Below are positions 13,175-26,930 of a DNA stretch of 64,000 nt, one piece after another. The stretch spans positions 45,820,001 through 45,884,000 of the forward strand of contig NC_045696.1 of assembly GCF_009834535.1 (NCBI RefSeq). Direction: 5' to 3'. Under the pieces are notes generated by a model. It did not search any database and was not told the origin of the DNA. It was given only the letters and a program-made list of their open reading frames with translations. The translations under genes were made by a program, and so were the position numbers. This stretch comes from Camelus ferus. Its lineage: Eukaryota. Positions within the stretch are counted from its first letter, which is position 1, and the number at the start of each line of letters is the position of its first letter.

Positions 13175-13500
13175 CACCCAACTAACATTTTCTAAAGTAC
13201 TTCTATGTGCCTGCCCATGTGCTAGATAGGAAGATATTTATGAAAGGAGCTCAGTAATCAGGTAGGAACCCAGACATGTAAGCAATTAACTAAAAGATAG
13301 TGTAGTAAGGGCTGTAACAGAAGAACCCACAGAGAGCTGTGGGAGCAGGGCGATGGGAATAACTGAGTCACCATGAAAAAGTCTCAGAAGACTTTCTATA
13401 AAAGGTGATTTTTTAAACTGGATCCAAAGTAAGTGCAATTTTTGATCAAAAAGAAGGCAGCAAGTGTGAAGTTGCAGAGAGCAGAAAGGACTCTATCAGG
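13175..13500 (-). mobile_element. L2 fragment
   Basis: tacttctatgtgcc...gtgctag...ggagctcag...gctgtgggagc pattern. Confidence 0.55.
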
Positions 13501-13959
13501 AAGGAAAGAAACAGGGTGTGTGCATAAAATAATCTCCATTTATTTACACTATCTTTTAGGTCATAGAGGAAAACGTAACTATTTCCAAACTCACAGAACA
13601 TTTATGTATCTCTTCCTAGTTAAAGCATATCTGTGCATAAATAAACCTATGTGTTATAATTACGAACTATTTTTACTGAGAAAATATATACTAACAGAAA
13701 TATAGGTATAAGTAGAAACTACTGGATATGACAGTAGACATCCAGCTAGAATTTTTTTTAATTATGATTTTATTATTTCTCACTTAAATGAATCCAGCTG
13801 TCTATTTATTTACTGTACTGAATTTTTACCACTGAATGTTACCATGTGCTTTTCAAGGCACTGATGTAACCTGATTTTACAGAGCTTACATTCCTAAAGA
13901 AGAAGACAGAAAATAAGTAAGAAACTAATATGTGTAATAAAATTCCAAGTGTGACCAAA

Positions 13960-14789
13960 CTGAAGAATCCTGCAAGAACCTAAGGTGAAATTGCTTGCAG
14001 AAACCAGTACTCTTCTCAGGAATAAGAAGAAGAACTGGATAAAAGGAAAATAAATAACCTTTTGATTTAAGGCATCAGAGACCGGCTGAAGCTACCAGAA
14101 CTTAAGAAGCCAAAATCACAGGGACACTGGAACCACAGAGAGGTGAGCAGACGTTCTGTTGGCCATTTTTTCCACCAGACAATTCTTGTAGTGAGTCTAA
14201 ATGCTAAGAATTAAGTCAGGGAACTACACACCCCTCTGTGTGTGCAGGTGTCAACTTCCCCTCTGTGTACACCTCTGAGTGACAGGGTCTAGAGAACTAG
14301 AATAAGAAAACTGTGCTATGATACACTGCCCACTGCAAAAAGAAACTGTCTTTTAACTCTCATCCAGGAGTCTCATGATTCCTGTTATGGAGTAGGGAAG
14401 TCAACAGTGCTTTGGATAATCTCATGGGACAAAAGACACACACACAAAAATGGGGCTGCCGCTGTATCCAGGATTTAAGGATCCCAGATCCTGGAGAGAA
14501 GTGAGATCCAGAAAAGTGTGCCAGATGCTGCAGGTTTTGCTTTGATATATTTAATTAAATGACATGAAGCAAGGAATTAAGCTAAATAGAAAATAGTTGA
14601 AATGCAGAATTAAGTTTTCAATAATATTCCACTGCTAAAGAGACAGAAATTGTTGTTGAAGACCATCCAACAGACAGGGGACCTAGAAAATTACTAAGCT
14701 CTCAGTTTCTCATTTGGAACTTTTACAATAAGACATGAGGAGAATCCAGAGTTTACAAAATTTCAACCATCCCAAAGTTATACGAATCC
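13960..14789 (+). mobile_element. Old L1 5'-region fragments with an embedded LTR 3' piece (~14230-14385)
   Basis: Motifs recalled from old L1M 5' ends (ccacagagaggtgagc, cccagatcctggagagaag). Highly diverged. Confidence 0.4.
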
Positions 14790-14955
14790 TGTTAGGAGTT
14801 GATTCTCCATGGATCTCTTGCATTTTTTCACATCTTATAAGCAGAGGAACTTACTGTCTTTGTTCCATACTGTCTTTCAAGAATATTTTTATAATGAACA
14901 GACATGGAAGAGAGAGACAGTGTTCTTCTCTGGATCAAAGAGCAGGTTGTTTAAA
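14790..14955 (+). mobile_element. 5' part of an ERVL-type LTR (MER77-like)
   Basis: tgttaggagttgattctccatgg...gcagagg...ggaagagagagacagtg...ctggatcaaagagcagg resembles a MER77-group 5' end. Confidence 0.5.
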
Positions 14956-14989
14956 AGATACAGATGTATTCTATATATAGAGATCTATA

Positions 14990-16910
14990 GAGATTTTTTG
15001 ATCTACTCAGATTATTTATTTTTCTTGAGTGATCATTGCCAGTTTGTATCATTCAAGAAATCTGTCCACTTTATATAAGTTGTTAAACTCATGTGCACTG
15101 AATTATTTATAGCAGTCTCTGCTTATTCTTTTAATCTCCATAGGGTCTGTGGCAATATATCCTTTTTAATTACAATATTTGCAATTTGTGTCTTCTCTCT
15201 TTTTACTTGGTTACCTGACTAAAGGCTCATCAATTTTATTGACATTGTCAAGGAATTGGCTTTTGCACACATTTATTTTCTCTCATGTGTTTCTATTCTT
15301 AATTTTATTGATGTCTGCTCAATCTCTCTTTCTTCTCTTTCTATGATTCCAACTGCATTTATTTTATACTATTTAATACTGCCCCTTAGTTCTTTGATGA
15401 ATTGTTATGGTTTTTTCCTCTCACGCTTGTTGGTTTGGAAATTTTTCCTTGACCTATCTCCAAGTTTAGTGTTTCTTTTCTTTCTTTCTTTTTTTTTAAA
15501 CTGTACTGATTTTAGTGAAGAATTTATCAAAGGCACTCTTCCATAACCATACTCTTAATTTCTTCCATTTGCATTTGGCTCTTTCTCAACTGAAATTCTA
15601 TATTCATACATCTTGTCCACATTTTCCTCCAGAATCTTTGTCATATTATTCACACTTATTTTAACTTCCCTGTCTGACAGTTCCAAAATATGGATATTTG
15701 ATCTGGTTCTGTTGACTGTTTTGTCTCTTGACAGTATATTTTGCTTTTTTCCTCCTTGCTTCTTTGTATGCCCTGCATTTTAGCTGAAAGCTAAATATCT
15801 TGTGTGGCACAGTAGAGATGAGTGTAAACAGTAATTATAACTGGAAATAGGCATGCCTTTTCTCTTTCGATTGTAAGCATTTGTGTCAGTCTAGTCAGGA
15901 ATTGAGCTGAGTCTATTTTTTGTTATCTTGGTTTCAGCTGTTACCCTCAGGGCACCACAAGCTTCAAATTCATCTGGCTTTAACTTGTACTTAAGAGTGA
16001 GGAATACTTTTTTGTAAAATTTTTTCTCAAGGTCTGCTCACCCCCTAGTTTTAGATTTTTTCCTACATGCCTGAGAAAAGATCTCTCTCTTTACCCTTCT
16101 CTCAACATCATACAGCTGATAGTTGTTACAAATCACTGGCTAGCCTGATAAAGATGCGGGGAGGAAGGGGAAGAGGAAGTCATTCTCTGTTGTTCTGGTT
16201 CAACCTCAATCTGAGGAAGGCACTGTGTGTCCAGATCTTGGGAATGAGCCCTTTTTTGTGGTCATACTCTTCCCTCAAAGGGAGAGCTCTAAGTGATCTG
16301 AGCTCAGGGTGTTTTCCTGTCCCTCCCAAAAGGGCAGGGTGTGTTTTGTTTTTTCCTTCATCTGTTTGCACTGGATGTTTACTTCTGGCCTGAGGACAAC
16401 AGTGGGTTTTGCCCTTTCCATAGCAGCTTAAGTACTCCAAAGAGAAGACAAGAGACAAGGTTCTCAGTGAGACTTTACACCTTTTACAGCTGTTTTTCCC
16501 CTCTCCCATACCTGCACCAAGATAGAGATTTTCTCAGGTCTCCCACTCTGTACCTAATCACCCTTGTGAGTAAATGATGAAGTCTATGGAGGAGATACGC
16601 AAATATGTGCAGCTTCTCCTTGTGACTGCAATTCCCAGGGATTCTTTACACTCATCCTACCCCAAAGTGAGCCGTAAGTAATTTGTAGGATATTTTAGTT
16701 GAATTCTTATGAACAGCTTGTATGGGGTACAGAAATTGATCATATTCTGTTTCTCCTTTTAGAAGAATGTCTTTAGATTTTGGCTTAGTTGATTGCCTTA
16801 GCTCTCTGATAAGCCCAAAGACAATTGTGAATTTGCAGATTAGCTCTATTTTTTATTGTAAGGGTAGGAATGATACTCTTTCCAGCTTTCTATATCCTAA
16901 GTAAATCCCA
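14990..16910 (-). mobile_element. Old L1 fragments (ORF2 piece, ORF1 and 5' UTR)
   Basis: T-rich antisense L1 text (ttcaagaaatctgtccactt, gcaatttgtgtcttctctc, ttccctgtctgacagttccaa, ttccagctttctatatcc). Confidence 0.7.
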
Positions 16911-17108
16911 GATATCTCTCTTTCTCTCTTAAACCACACAGTTCCTTTATATATTGAGAAAATAGTCACTCATCCTTACCCCTTTTTATAACATTAGCTT
17001 TTCTTGAAATGTATAATATTACTACAAGAATTAGTCTAATAATGACAAAATTATTTGTTCAGAACTAACCTAATATTTATCAAAAAGTTGAGCAAATACC
17101 TTCGGATT

Positions 17109-17658
17109 TGTTAGGTAGTTAGATAAGTGAGGGCACCAGGGAAACAGATGGAGCTGATGGAGGATGGTCCGGAAAATGGTGTTATGCCCACCTCCAGCAT
17201 AAAGGGGCTTCATTCACTTCCTCTAAATGAGTGCCACCAAGAAACCAGTTAGAACCTGCCAGCTGCAACTGCGTGGTAGCAAGAAGGACCTAACCAGATG
17301 GACCCAATGCTCATTGTAAATAATCAGCATTGTGGTTTAGCCCTCACCCTCATGGGTTTTTCTGTATGCATCATGGAGGTGTGCAAAGAGGATATACAAG
17401 ACTAAGCATTCCAGGGGCAAGAGCCTCAATCAATCAAAAGACCACCTCTAAGTGAGGATGTAAGAGAAGGGGCAAACAAAGACCGCCACTTGTCCTCCCT
17501 TGGATCAGCCTGCCTCCCATTCTTGGAGGTATACTTTCCCTTTGCTAAATGAATCCTTTAAAATCGTTTGCTACACAATGTTGTGTCTCCTGTCTGAATT
17601 CTTATCTTCCAGGTACGACAAGAGCTGGGGTCTTTTCTCTTCCCCTTTTACAGTAACA
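17109..17658 (+). mobile_element. Solo LTR, ERV1 class
   Basis: tgtta...taaca inverted termini, perfect 4-bp TSD gatt (17105-17108 / 17659-17662), U5-like ctgaattctt. Confidence 0.88.
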
Positions 17659-20600
17659 GATTTACTAAGTCAAAATACTTCAGTCCATTGGCATGTATGG
17701 TTTATATTATGTCATATAGAAACAGATGGCTCAGAAATGTCAGTTATCACATCATAAACTCATAGAGTAACAGGCAAGTTAATGAAACATATGTCCTTCT
17801 TTCTGATATTAATTGTACCACCATATGATAAAAGACTTCAAAATTAAGCTTTGTAAGATTCTATTGGCCATGGTAGGTATTTAGTCAGAAGAAAGTTGTC
17901 TTTCAATGAATTTCATCAAACTAACTAGAAGTAGAGAAATTAAATTTGCAAGTACTTTTATATTAATAGCAGTTTATATTCTAAATAGTAAATAAATCAA
18001 CTCATATTTGGCCTAAGTAGTAGCTCATGGGGTTTAAGATATAAAGATTAGGTAGATTTAGTTTGAATAAGTCAGCTTGGAAAAAAATTCTTCTTGAAAA
18101 TCTTGGAAAATAGAGGGTTTGGAGGGAAGCTTGTTAAACACAGGTCAATTTCCTACCAGATAAAAAGGCATGTTTATAATTAATCTGATGGTGATAAAAA
18201 GGCTTTTAATTAGATTTCCAACACAAAATGGGAAAGGATAGGTTTGGGGTCTGAAACGAAGAGTTCAGCCATCTGCTGCCAACTAGCTCTTGCCAATATC
18301 TGATCTGCAAGTTAAATTATGCCAGCTGATGACATATGACATTTCTTTCTTCTTTAAATATCTTACTTAAAATGAGTTTGCTGCTCTGCCACTTGGCTAA
18401 ACACTAAATGCTCTCAAATGCTGAGGCTGGACTTTCTGAAGTCATAGCAGTTGCCATAATTTTCCTTAGTAAACAAATCTAAGTAAAGAAACATAGATCT
18501 GAGTTGCTGGCTCATGTGTTACTGTCCTGTGATGTAATTTTCAGTTAGAGAAATTTGACCTCTGAGATATTCATATCTGGAATTTACAACCTTAAAATCT
18601 TCTTCACAGTTTTAGGGTAATGAGGCAGAGGAAACAAGAGTCACCTTTCTAGGTTTTGATCCATATCTGAGGAAAGAAGAAAGAGAGTTCAAAGAAGTCA
18701 TAAACCTCATTGAATACATTGCTTCATCTCTGGCATAATGAGTCTGTTATCTGACAAAACAGTGGAGACGTACTTATACTGCAAAACCTTCAAAACTTTA
18801 AACCATCCAAAGACTGCAAAACAATGTATTCTTATTACTTGTGACCTAAAGTTGAAAGATTCTGTTTTTCTCAAGGTTTTAGCCTTACTAATAGCTACAG
18901 TTTTGTCTTCAGAATTATTGATCCAATCTGTCTTGAAATAAGGCCACAACTTTTCCCTACATTTTCAATCACTTCATCTCCACAAAAATCTCCATAAACA
19001 ATGTTACCATGACCTAACTAAATAAACCTATGTATGCCAATACCTATAATTGTCTGTGTGTAAATGTGTCTGTGTATTTGACAAGACACTGGTCTATATA
19101 TAATAAACATAAAATCATGGATATAAATTGTTTTTATGGCCCAAAAAAAAAGGTGAATATTCATTTCCTGAAGGAAAATAAAAAACATTGACATAGGAGT
19201 TCTTGACAGAGAAAATGAGCATCCTCACCCAGTCACAACACACAATCCTCTACCTGTGATCCACATGTTCACCTGTAATACAAGGACCTGAGGCAATCAG
19301 ATTGGAAATGATGGAGACTGTTGATCATAGTTTTTGTCCCAGTTGTTTGTATCCCCTAACCACCCATAAGTTTTTAATCATGACTATCTAACTTATAGCT
19401 ACCAATGGCAGTTTTCATTAGAAAAAACTTAGTCTCCTGGCGTATCTGCAACATTTTTTTTTTTCAAATTCTCACTGTGGACTACATCACTACAAAATCA
19501 AATTTTAACACCTTTATCTTTTTACTATATTCCTCTGATGCAAAGCAAAGGTTTTATGGCTTCCCTAAACAAGGCAACGTATCTTAAACATTCCATTAGT
19601 GTTTGTCTCTGTGATCACAAGAAGATGTAAAAGTTATATAATCAACAAAGCAGAAATAATTTAGGTGGATGAACAGACACAAGCGAAATAAAAATCTTGT
19701 AGAACATGAACTGGTCATCTTGGGTTTTCTTGGGAAGCCAAAGTTTGTGCTTAGCAATTGGGATTCTGGAGAAAAGGACTGGCAAAACCACTGACCAATC
19801 TGAATATAAACTGGTTTAGAGTATCTTGGTCCTAGAGGCATCTACCTGTGTTGAGAATTACGCCTTCAATTGCTGGATTGTGGCAAGAGGCAGAAGTGGC
19901 TGAAGCAATAAGGGATAAAACTTGAGGGACTCAGAGAAGTTGCTATATAAAATCAGTCCAAAGTCATTTTATTATCTAACAACTGATATGGTCACATGTT
20001 ATAAATGCTGAATGTTAGTCCTGGTCTATAGATTTGCTTCCAACATTCTCAACAGTGGATTTTTCTACCACTTAGGGTTTCAGAGAATGAATCCTTATAG
20101 TTCTAAAGTTAACTCTAGTATGTTTCTTCATACCACCAATATCAATAAAGCATAGGAAAACCCTATCTGAGGAGGAATGAATTTGAGAGTGTGTGAAGGG
20201 GGATGAGTGGTAACACACACAGGCATGCATGTGCAGGTAACAGCAGGTAAAACTTGAGCACCTAATAGTTTCAAGTGCTATTTAAGCACTATTAATACAT
20301 AATTCAAATACCTCAACTTTACCAGCCCTTGAACACAACTATTGTCACATTAATAGTAAAGTCTTGTTTCCTACATTTGTCTTCACCTTTACTCATAGGT
20401 ATTCCAGCTTCCTACCAAATCCTACCTAGTATTCTGAGAGTTCCTGGAGAGTGTTTGTCATGTGCTCAGGAAGCGGAATACCTGGTACAGGAGCCATATG
20501 ACACCTGCCATGTCCTTTCTGCCCTTCACTCTGCTACTCTTCTATTGCTGTCTGTACATAAGATTTCTTTAATGGGTCTTGGATGCTGCTACTGTTGCTT

Positions 20601-20819
20601 TAAGGACACTTCTTGATAAATTGTATGGTTTCTGCTGCTGCCTGGCCAGGACTTTAGGTGCCAAACCCTCTCTGTGATTGGGAAGAAATGTTCTAGTCCT
20701 TAACACTGTACAGCACTTTGTCACCGAGGCCACAAGATGTCACTACTTTTGCCCTGTTTCACAAAGCCCTTCAACTTCTGCTTTAACTACCATTTGATAA
20801 CTGTTCCTCTTGAACTCAA

Positions 20820-21440
20820 AGCAATTCCTTAACAGCAGTGAACTGAATGGCCTGCAACAGGATGTGACTCAGGCTGGACCATGAGTGTCCATTCTCTTGC
20901 ACATCATGACTCACCTCAACAAGGCCAATTCGAGTCCTTCTCAGGGATCGATAAGCCTGCTGAAGAAGAAATGGCTTTCTCTGTCTGTGAGATCATAATC
21001 TTTAAGGACCAGCTATGTCTGGAGCTTCCAGGAGTCATCTTGACACCACAAGGAGATAAACTGAAAATAAAACCATGAAAGAGGTAAGCACAGCATGATT
21101 TAAAGTTGTGCACTCTAACAGAGTAGCCACCAGCCACATGTGGCTTTTCACACTTGAATTCATTAAAATTAAGTTAAGACATGCACTTCTTCAATTGCTA
21201 TTAGCCACACTTCCAGTGCTCAGTAGTCACATGTGCTATCATATCATACAGCTCAGATACAGAACATTTCTAACATGACAGAAATTCATTTTACTGGACA
21301 GCATAATCAACAGGAAGAAATAGAGTCCTAATTTCATCCTTTAAATCTCTGCACCTTGCCTAAAGCTGAATCCACCTTAAGTTCCATTTTGGTTTAAGCT
21401 AAAATAATGAAACCTTGTTTAAGTTATATTTCTGACCTTT
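20820..21440 (+). mobile_element. Old MaLR (MLT1K/L-like) interrupted by a hAT element
   Basis: gtgactcaggctggacca...ggagtcatcttgacaccaca; the element resumes after 21305. Confidence 0.45.
21107..21303. mobile_element. hAT-Charlie non-autonomous element (MER3/MER33-like)
   Basis: gtagccaccagccacatgtggc...ttagccacacttccagtgctcagtagtcacatgtg...ctggacagc. Confidence 0.8.
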
Positions 21441-21584
21441 GAAAAATTGATGAGCAGAAACTAACCCTCAGGCCTATTCCCCAGGGCCAGAGTCAGGAAA
21501 CAGACAACAACCTTCTCACATTTTCCTCAATTTCTTCCCATGACCTTTCCTGAGAAGACTGAAATTTGTCCCCTCTTTCCGAAA

Positions 21585-21620
21585 ACACACACACACACAC
21601 ACACACACAAACCCACACAC
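21585..21620. repeat. (CA)n microsatellite
   Basis: Direct reading. Confidence 0.9.
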
Positions 21621-21655
21621 CATTAAAAGAGGTCTAGGGGCAGGGGTTTGGTAGG

Positions 21656-22301
21656 TGTTACCACAAAGCCACTCTCTACTCTCAAAGATAAACAAGGTCA
21701 GACATTAGTTAGAGTGGAGAAAATAGATTTTATTCAGTAAATACTGACAGCAGCTAAAAGAGCTGAGCTCCATTCTGGTTGCGCAGAGGTGACCAGGCAT
21801 TTTAAAGGCAGAATGAGCGTGTAGGAAAAGGGAGTGGGCAGGGCCTCAAAATTACAAAGGGTGGGTCAGCTGCCAGTTAGTAGCTGTCTCTGCTACCTGG
21901 CAGTTACTGAAATTAGGACCCTGTCCTTCCACAGATCCTAGGAGACAGAGGCTCTATCCTTTCTGAGGATTACATTTCAAAGGAACGGTGTTCAGGTCCT
22001 TGAGAAAGACACTTCTGAGTTGAAAGAGATACATTTACATCTCAAAGGTTCAGAGAAAGGATTCACCATTGCAATCCTTATTTTAGTAAATACTCTAAGA
22101 GATCAGGTGTTGTCTAGAACAAAGAGTAAATTTTCTGACATCCCTGAGCTTTTCCAGACAAGAACTCCAAAGGAGACTGGGTTGTCTCAGGGTTAACATG
22201 CGGTGTTAGGCTACTGGAGGCCATGCTAAAGTTTGGCCAAATCTCTTAGTGCCAGATGGAGTGAAAGGAGTGTTTGAGCCGAGAGTTCTTTGCAGTTCTC
22301 A
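21656..22301 (-). mobile_element. Solo LTR, ERV1 class (MER67-like)
   Basis: The minus strand starts tgagaactgcaaag; ttttatt poly(A) signal at ~21728. No clean TSD, and the left boundary is uncertain. Confidence 0.65.
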
Positions 22302-22339
22302 CTACCTAGATTTTTCCAGAATGCACAGCCAAACATAAA

Positions 22340-22520
22340 TTATGTGACTTAATCCACAAGACAACCCTCAGATGAATATCATCATCCTCATTTTACAGAT
22401 AAGGGAACCAAAGTTCACAGGACTTAAATCACTTATACAGATCATGTACTAATAAGTTAAAAAGCATACTGAAACCCAGATTTCTCTGACTAAAGATTGT
22501 GTTTTTCTGCACATCACCCA
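22340..22520 (-). mobile_element. MIR SINE
   Basis: catcctcattttacagataagggaaccaaag antisense MIR core. Confidence 0.75.
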
Positions 22521-24809
22521 CAACTTTGTTTCCCTACTGATCTCCCTATATTTTCATACATGTTTCAGTAAAAATTTTCAAAGACATACCTTTGCCTTTA
22601 ACTGACAAAGCCCATAAGATATGAGTAGGGAAAAAAAAATTCACAAAATGCCAGAAACTTGTGATTAACAGGCAGCAGGTGTACAAACTGAAAGTGTGTG
22701 ACTCAAATCCATTGTCATCTCAGCAAATGGCTTGGCCCCAAAGTTGCTGAAGGGGTTAATTTGATTATCTTTGCTTCCGCAGAAGACTGATAAATCGAAT
22801 TCAGCCTGCTATTGTTCCAGATAGAGCCTGAATCTTCCATAGGATTTTAATCAGCAGCAGCCTTATGTAGCATATGGGAGCTATTTGGCTGAAAGGAGAC
22901 TCCAACTGTCACTGGTACATCCGCCCAACATGAAAGGAAAATAGTAATACAGAACAATGGGACTCTCTTATCTACGGAACAGCTTCCCTCTGAGAAACTC
23001 TGTAGTTTACTGTATGACATCTTCACAACATCCTGTTCAGTAGGTCAGAGAACTACTATTGACTATAATCCTGGAAGCTTACTGGCTGACTCCCCCAACA
23101 TTTTAATCTCTTTCCTAGCTCTTTCTCTATCCCCGTCTATAAATCCTATCTCCTCTCACCTTTCAATCTTTTCTATTCTCTTTAATGATTGACTCTCACC
23201 ATTTCCTCCTCATTTACACTACACTATTCTTCACACCTCTTTCTCCCTACTAATTTTCTTCATTTCCTACCCTTATTCTGTAAAAAGCCTAGATGGGAAA
23301 TCAGGATTCATGTGTGATCAAGTTTATAGCTCAGTTATATCGTCCTATTATACTACAGCGATGGGCAAATGTAGTCACTTCACTTATTCACTCCCTTAGT
23401 CACCAAAACTGTATTGAATGCATCTGTTTCAAGATTTCAAGGCATGTAACACATGGTCCTTTCCTTCAAACACGGAAAACAAACATAAACAGCTAATGAC
23501 AATGTGATGTGTCATCACCTTACTGAGTCCATTAATGTATAGGAAAAACAAAGAAGGTTAGCAGCATGGTCTCTACGGTGGCTAGTCCCTACAGCTTCCA
23601 GGTCTGATTCCAGAGCCAGGCTTAGAAACCAAATATCAGGCTTCTTTTTTCTTCCTCTCTCTTCTCTTGACCTTTCTTGACATGCCTCAGCCCCTACACA
23701 CTCAGAAGGTTGTGAAAGATATTATCAGGGATTGTTTAACAATCTTGCACACACCTGAGAACAGCACTGACTAAGCTCACCCGTTAATTCGGAATTTTAT
23801 TTTAAGTAACCTAGGAGTCAAATCTAAAGTTCTTGGCATATATTTTTTCCAAAGGCAGGAAATGTAAAGAATGAACCATTGTTATTGGGAAGCAAAACAG
23901 GAATCTGAAATAAAGTGTCAAGACCCTCTTGATATCACTGCATTTTGTTCAAAATGAGTTAGTAAATGTCACTGTTAAGCCCTCAGAAAAGAGGTAGACT
24001 TTATCAGATGACAGTGAGAAGGGTGGTTAAAAAGGAAATTGGCCAGAAATGACAAACCCAGCTTCAGTGCTGGCCCAAGTCAGAAGATGTGATTTCCTTC
24101 CTATGTCCCTAGATCTAGTTACCTAACAAAAACTCAACTGCTAGAAGTGATAGGAGGTGCTTTCTTTATCATGGTATTGCCTTCAAAGTGCTCAAGCCAT
24201 GAAAAGAAATGCCTAAAGGAATGGGTTGCAAAATAAATGCTATGTTGATTTTGTACAAGGGTGGGAATTCAGTAAAAGCTATTTTTTCCTTTAGAATCAA
24301 TAATGAAAAACAAACAAAAAAGCAAAACCTCTTCCATTAACGTCAAATCCTAGGAAGAATCAGACAATGAAACAATTCTGTGTGTCTCAGATAAGGCCTG
24401 AAAATGAGACTCCAATCACTTGGGATTCTGAGACAAGAGATAGTACTGTTGAGGTTTTATGCTGAACATAAAAATTAAGTAGTAAATGGGCTCAAGGTGA
24501 AACTGTAATATAAGTTTTTTTTATTGAAGATATAACCTTTTTTCTCTTCCTCTTTGTATAAACACAGTACCTAGGACAAAATAGATGCTAAATAAATGCT
24601 GCATGGATGAATGAATAAACAAACAGACATTTTCAAATGCTCCAATACAAAATTAAAAATCACTTGCTTAAAGAATTATAAAAGTAAAAATACAATTATA
24701 TTCAAAAGCTATAAAAAAAATACAGTATGCACAGAAAGTCCCAAATCCACATAATAACCTCCCAGTAAGTTTATAAATCTTGATTTGCTCTGGCAATGGT
24801 GTTATTGTG

Positions 24810-25185
24810 AAACTGATACATATTAGGCTAACTGGCTAACTGTTTTCAACAAATATCCCCAAATGTCTCAGTGTCTTCACACAATGGGATTTTCTTTCTT
24901 GCTTACATAACAGTCCAATGTCAGGAGCAGAATTAGGAGGCAAGGAGCTCTACACCATGATGTTATTCAAAGACCCTACTCTTTTTAATCTGTTGGTTCT
25001 TCCATCCCCTATCACTTCAAAGTTCTCCACTGGATTACCTATATTCAGTCAGCAGATGACGGAAGAGAGAAAGTATGTGGCCAGTGGTGTGGGAGGTTTT
25101 GTGGTTGAGGCATGAAGATGGGCACATCACCTCTGCCCACAATCCACTGGTCAGAAGTTAGTACTTGACTTCAAGTTAGAAGGGC
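24810..25185 (-). mobile_element. Old MaLR LTR (MLT1J/K-like)
   Basis: cacatcacctctgcccacaatccactggtcagaagttagt motif. Confidence 0.55.
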
Positions 25186-26769
25186 TTAAAAGTTTCCTTT
25201 TGGTAAATAAATAATAAACACTGTTTTTAAGCAAAGAAATGACAATGATGAAAGTGGGCAATTACACTGGCCATGTTGAATAGAAGAGCCTAGGGAGGGA
25301 TAAACCAGAGGAAGGGAAACCTGAGAAAAAGTTAGCGCACTAGATGGGCAGGGAATGATGAGACCCGGACCAAGAACGTAGAGAAAGAATGACAAGAGAA
25401 TGATCAACACAAGGATATGGTGACTGATTTGTTGAGTGAGCAAAAGAAAACAAAGGGATAGTCTTGGGTTTTATATATTTATCTAAGTATATATACTTAC
25501 ATTTGGGTGGTCTTTTAGTTAACTGGTGCATTTGTTGCAATGGCTGGTTCATTTTTTCTCATGGGGATTAAGAAAATAAAAATTTAGAAAAGTGAACAGA
25601 GTATGTCTCTGGGAAATCAGGGAAAGCTAACATAGAAATCACAGAACACAAACAAATGAACGGAATGTTTTGGGATTCTGTAAATCACACTAAGGCATTT
25701 TGAACTCAATGTGTGACAGCAAATTAAGTGTCAAAAGAGGAAAAATTACATCTAAAACATTTCTCCATATTTGTTATGTTGCTATTTGCCACAACTGTCA
25801 AACAGTCAGTTGCAAATAAAATACTTGAATAAATAATCCCATTTTTGGATGTGGCAACTTGTTTGTAGTATGCATTTTTGAGGATTCTGTAAAGATATTT
25901 TTAGTGCTTAGACGATAAAATTTGTACCAGGGGAGGCTAACTGGTAACGAGTTAATCTGACAGATGACCAAATGGAAATCAGCTTTTAGCAACATTTTTG
26001 GCATGCATTATAGGAAATAAGTAATGCTCAATAAGTTTAAAATACATAATGTAAGATCCATTACTCAGACAAAGAAGGATGCTATTAATCCCTGGAAAGA
26101 CAAATATCTACTTCTTAAAGACTTCCTGCAGCCCTTCTGCACTTTGTGAGAGATACGGACAGGGCAGGGCTGAGCACACAGCGGTCCCATTCGTAGTGAT
26201 AAGAGCCAGAGTGAAAAGGAGCTGAATGTGAACCAGCACTTCAATCTCCTCACACAGGTCAGTCTCTCCTGTAGCGTCACACTTGGGTCCAATTACCACA
26301 GAATTCCAGAATGTTCACCCTATAGTAAACCAGTCAAGGTAAAAGGAAGGAGATTTTCCTTGGGGCCTTCTACACACTTAATTTCTTTTTATAGGAAGAA
26401 ACAAATGCACACATAAACCTCAGTTGTCCAATGCAAAATTTGTAGAGATACTTTCAGGCATGTATGTTGTCTCTAGGCAACAGGAACATTTTTAATAAAA
26501 TTCTCATTAATTTCTCAACAGTTATGCAATAATCAACATGTACAAGCACTCTATCAAAATGAATTCCTTTTATCATACATATTCATAAAGTAGAATTTTA
26601 AATGTTTTAAACACACACATTTAATATATTCCCAATCACAGTAATAGATTTGAAGAGCCAAACGGAGCAGAATAGACACTAAACAAAACTGCATTATTCC
26701 TACCAAATAACAGAGAACCAAAGAATATGTAAGCTGCTATGAGCCAAGCACTCTCCACTTGATCCTTCC

Positions 26770-26930
26770 ACGTCCAGGTGAGGTACTAACATTACTCTCA
26801 GCTTACAGGTGAGGAAATTGAGGCACAAGGCGAGAGGGTAACTTACTGTAGTCACACAGTTTGGAAATGGCAGAGTAACTGTAGGACAGGACTGGATGCA
26901 GGGTCTATCCTTTTAACCACTTGACTGTAA
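26770..26930 (-). mobile_element. MIR SINE
   Basis: ttacaggtgaggaaattgaggcacaagg...gtcacacag. Confidence 0.75.

Noticed and set aside
26100..26262. Exon-like CpG-containing segment ending in CAG|GTCAGT on plus
   Set aside because: Stops in all three frames from the plausible acceptors, and no recognisable peptide on either strand.
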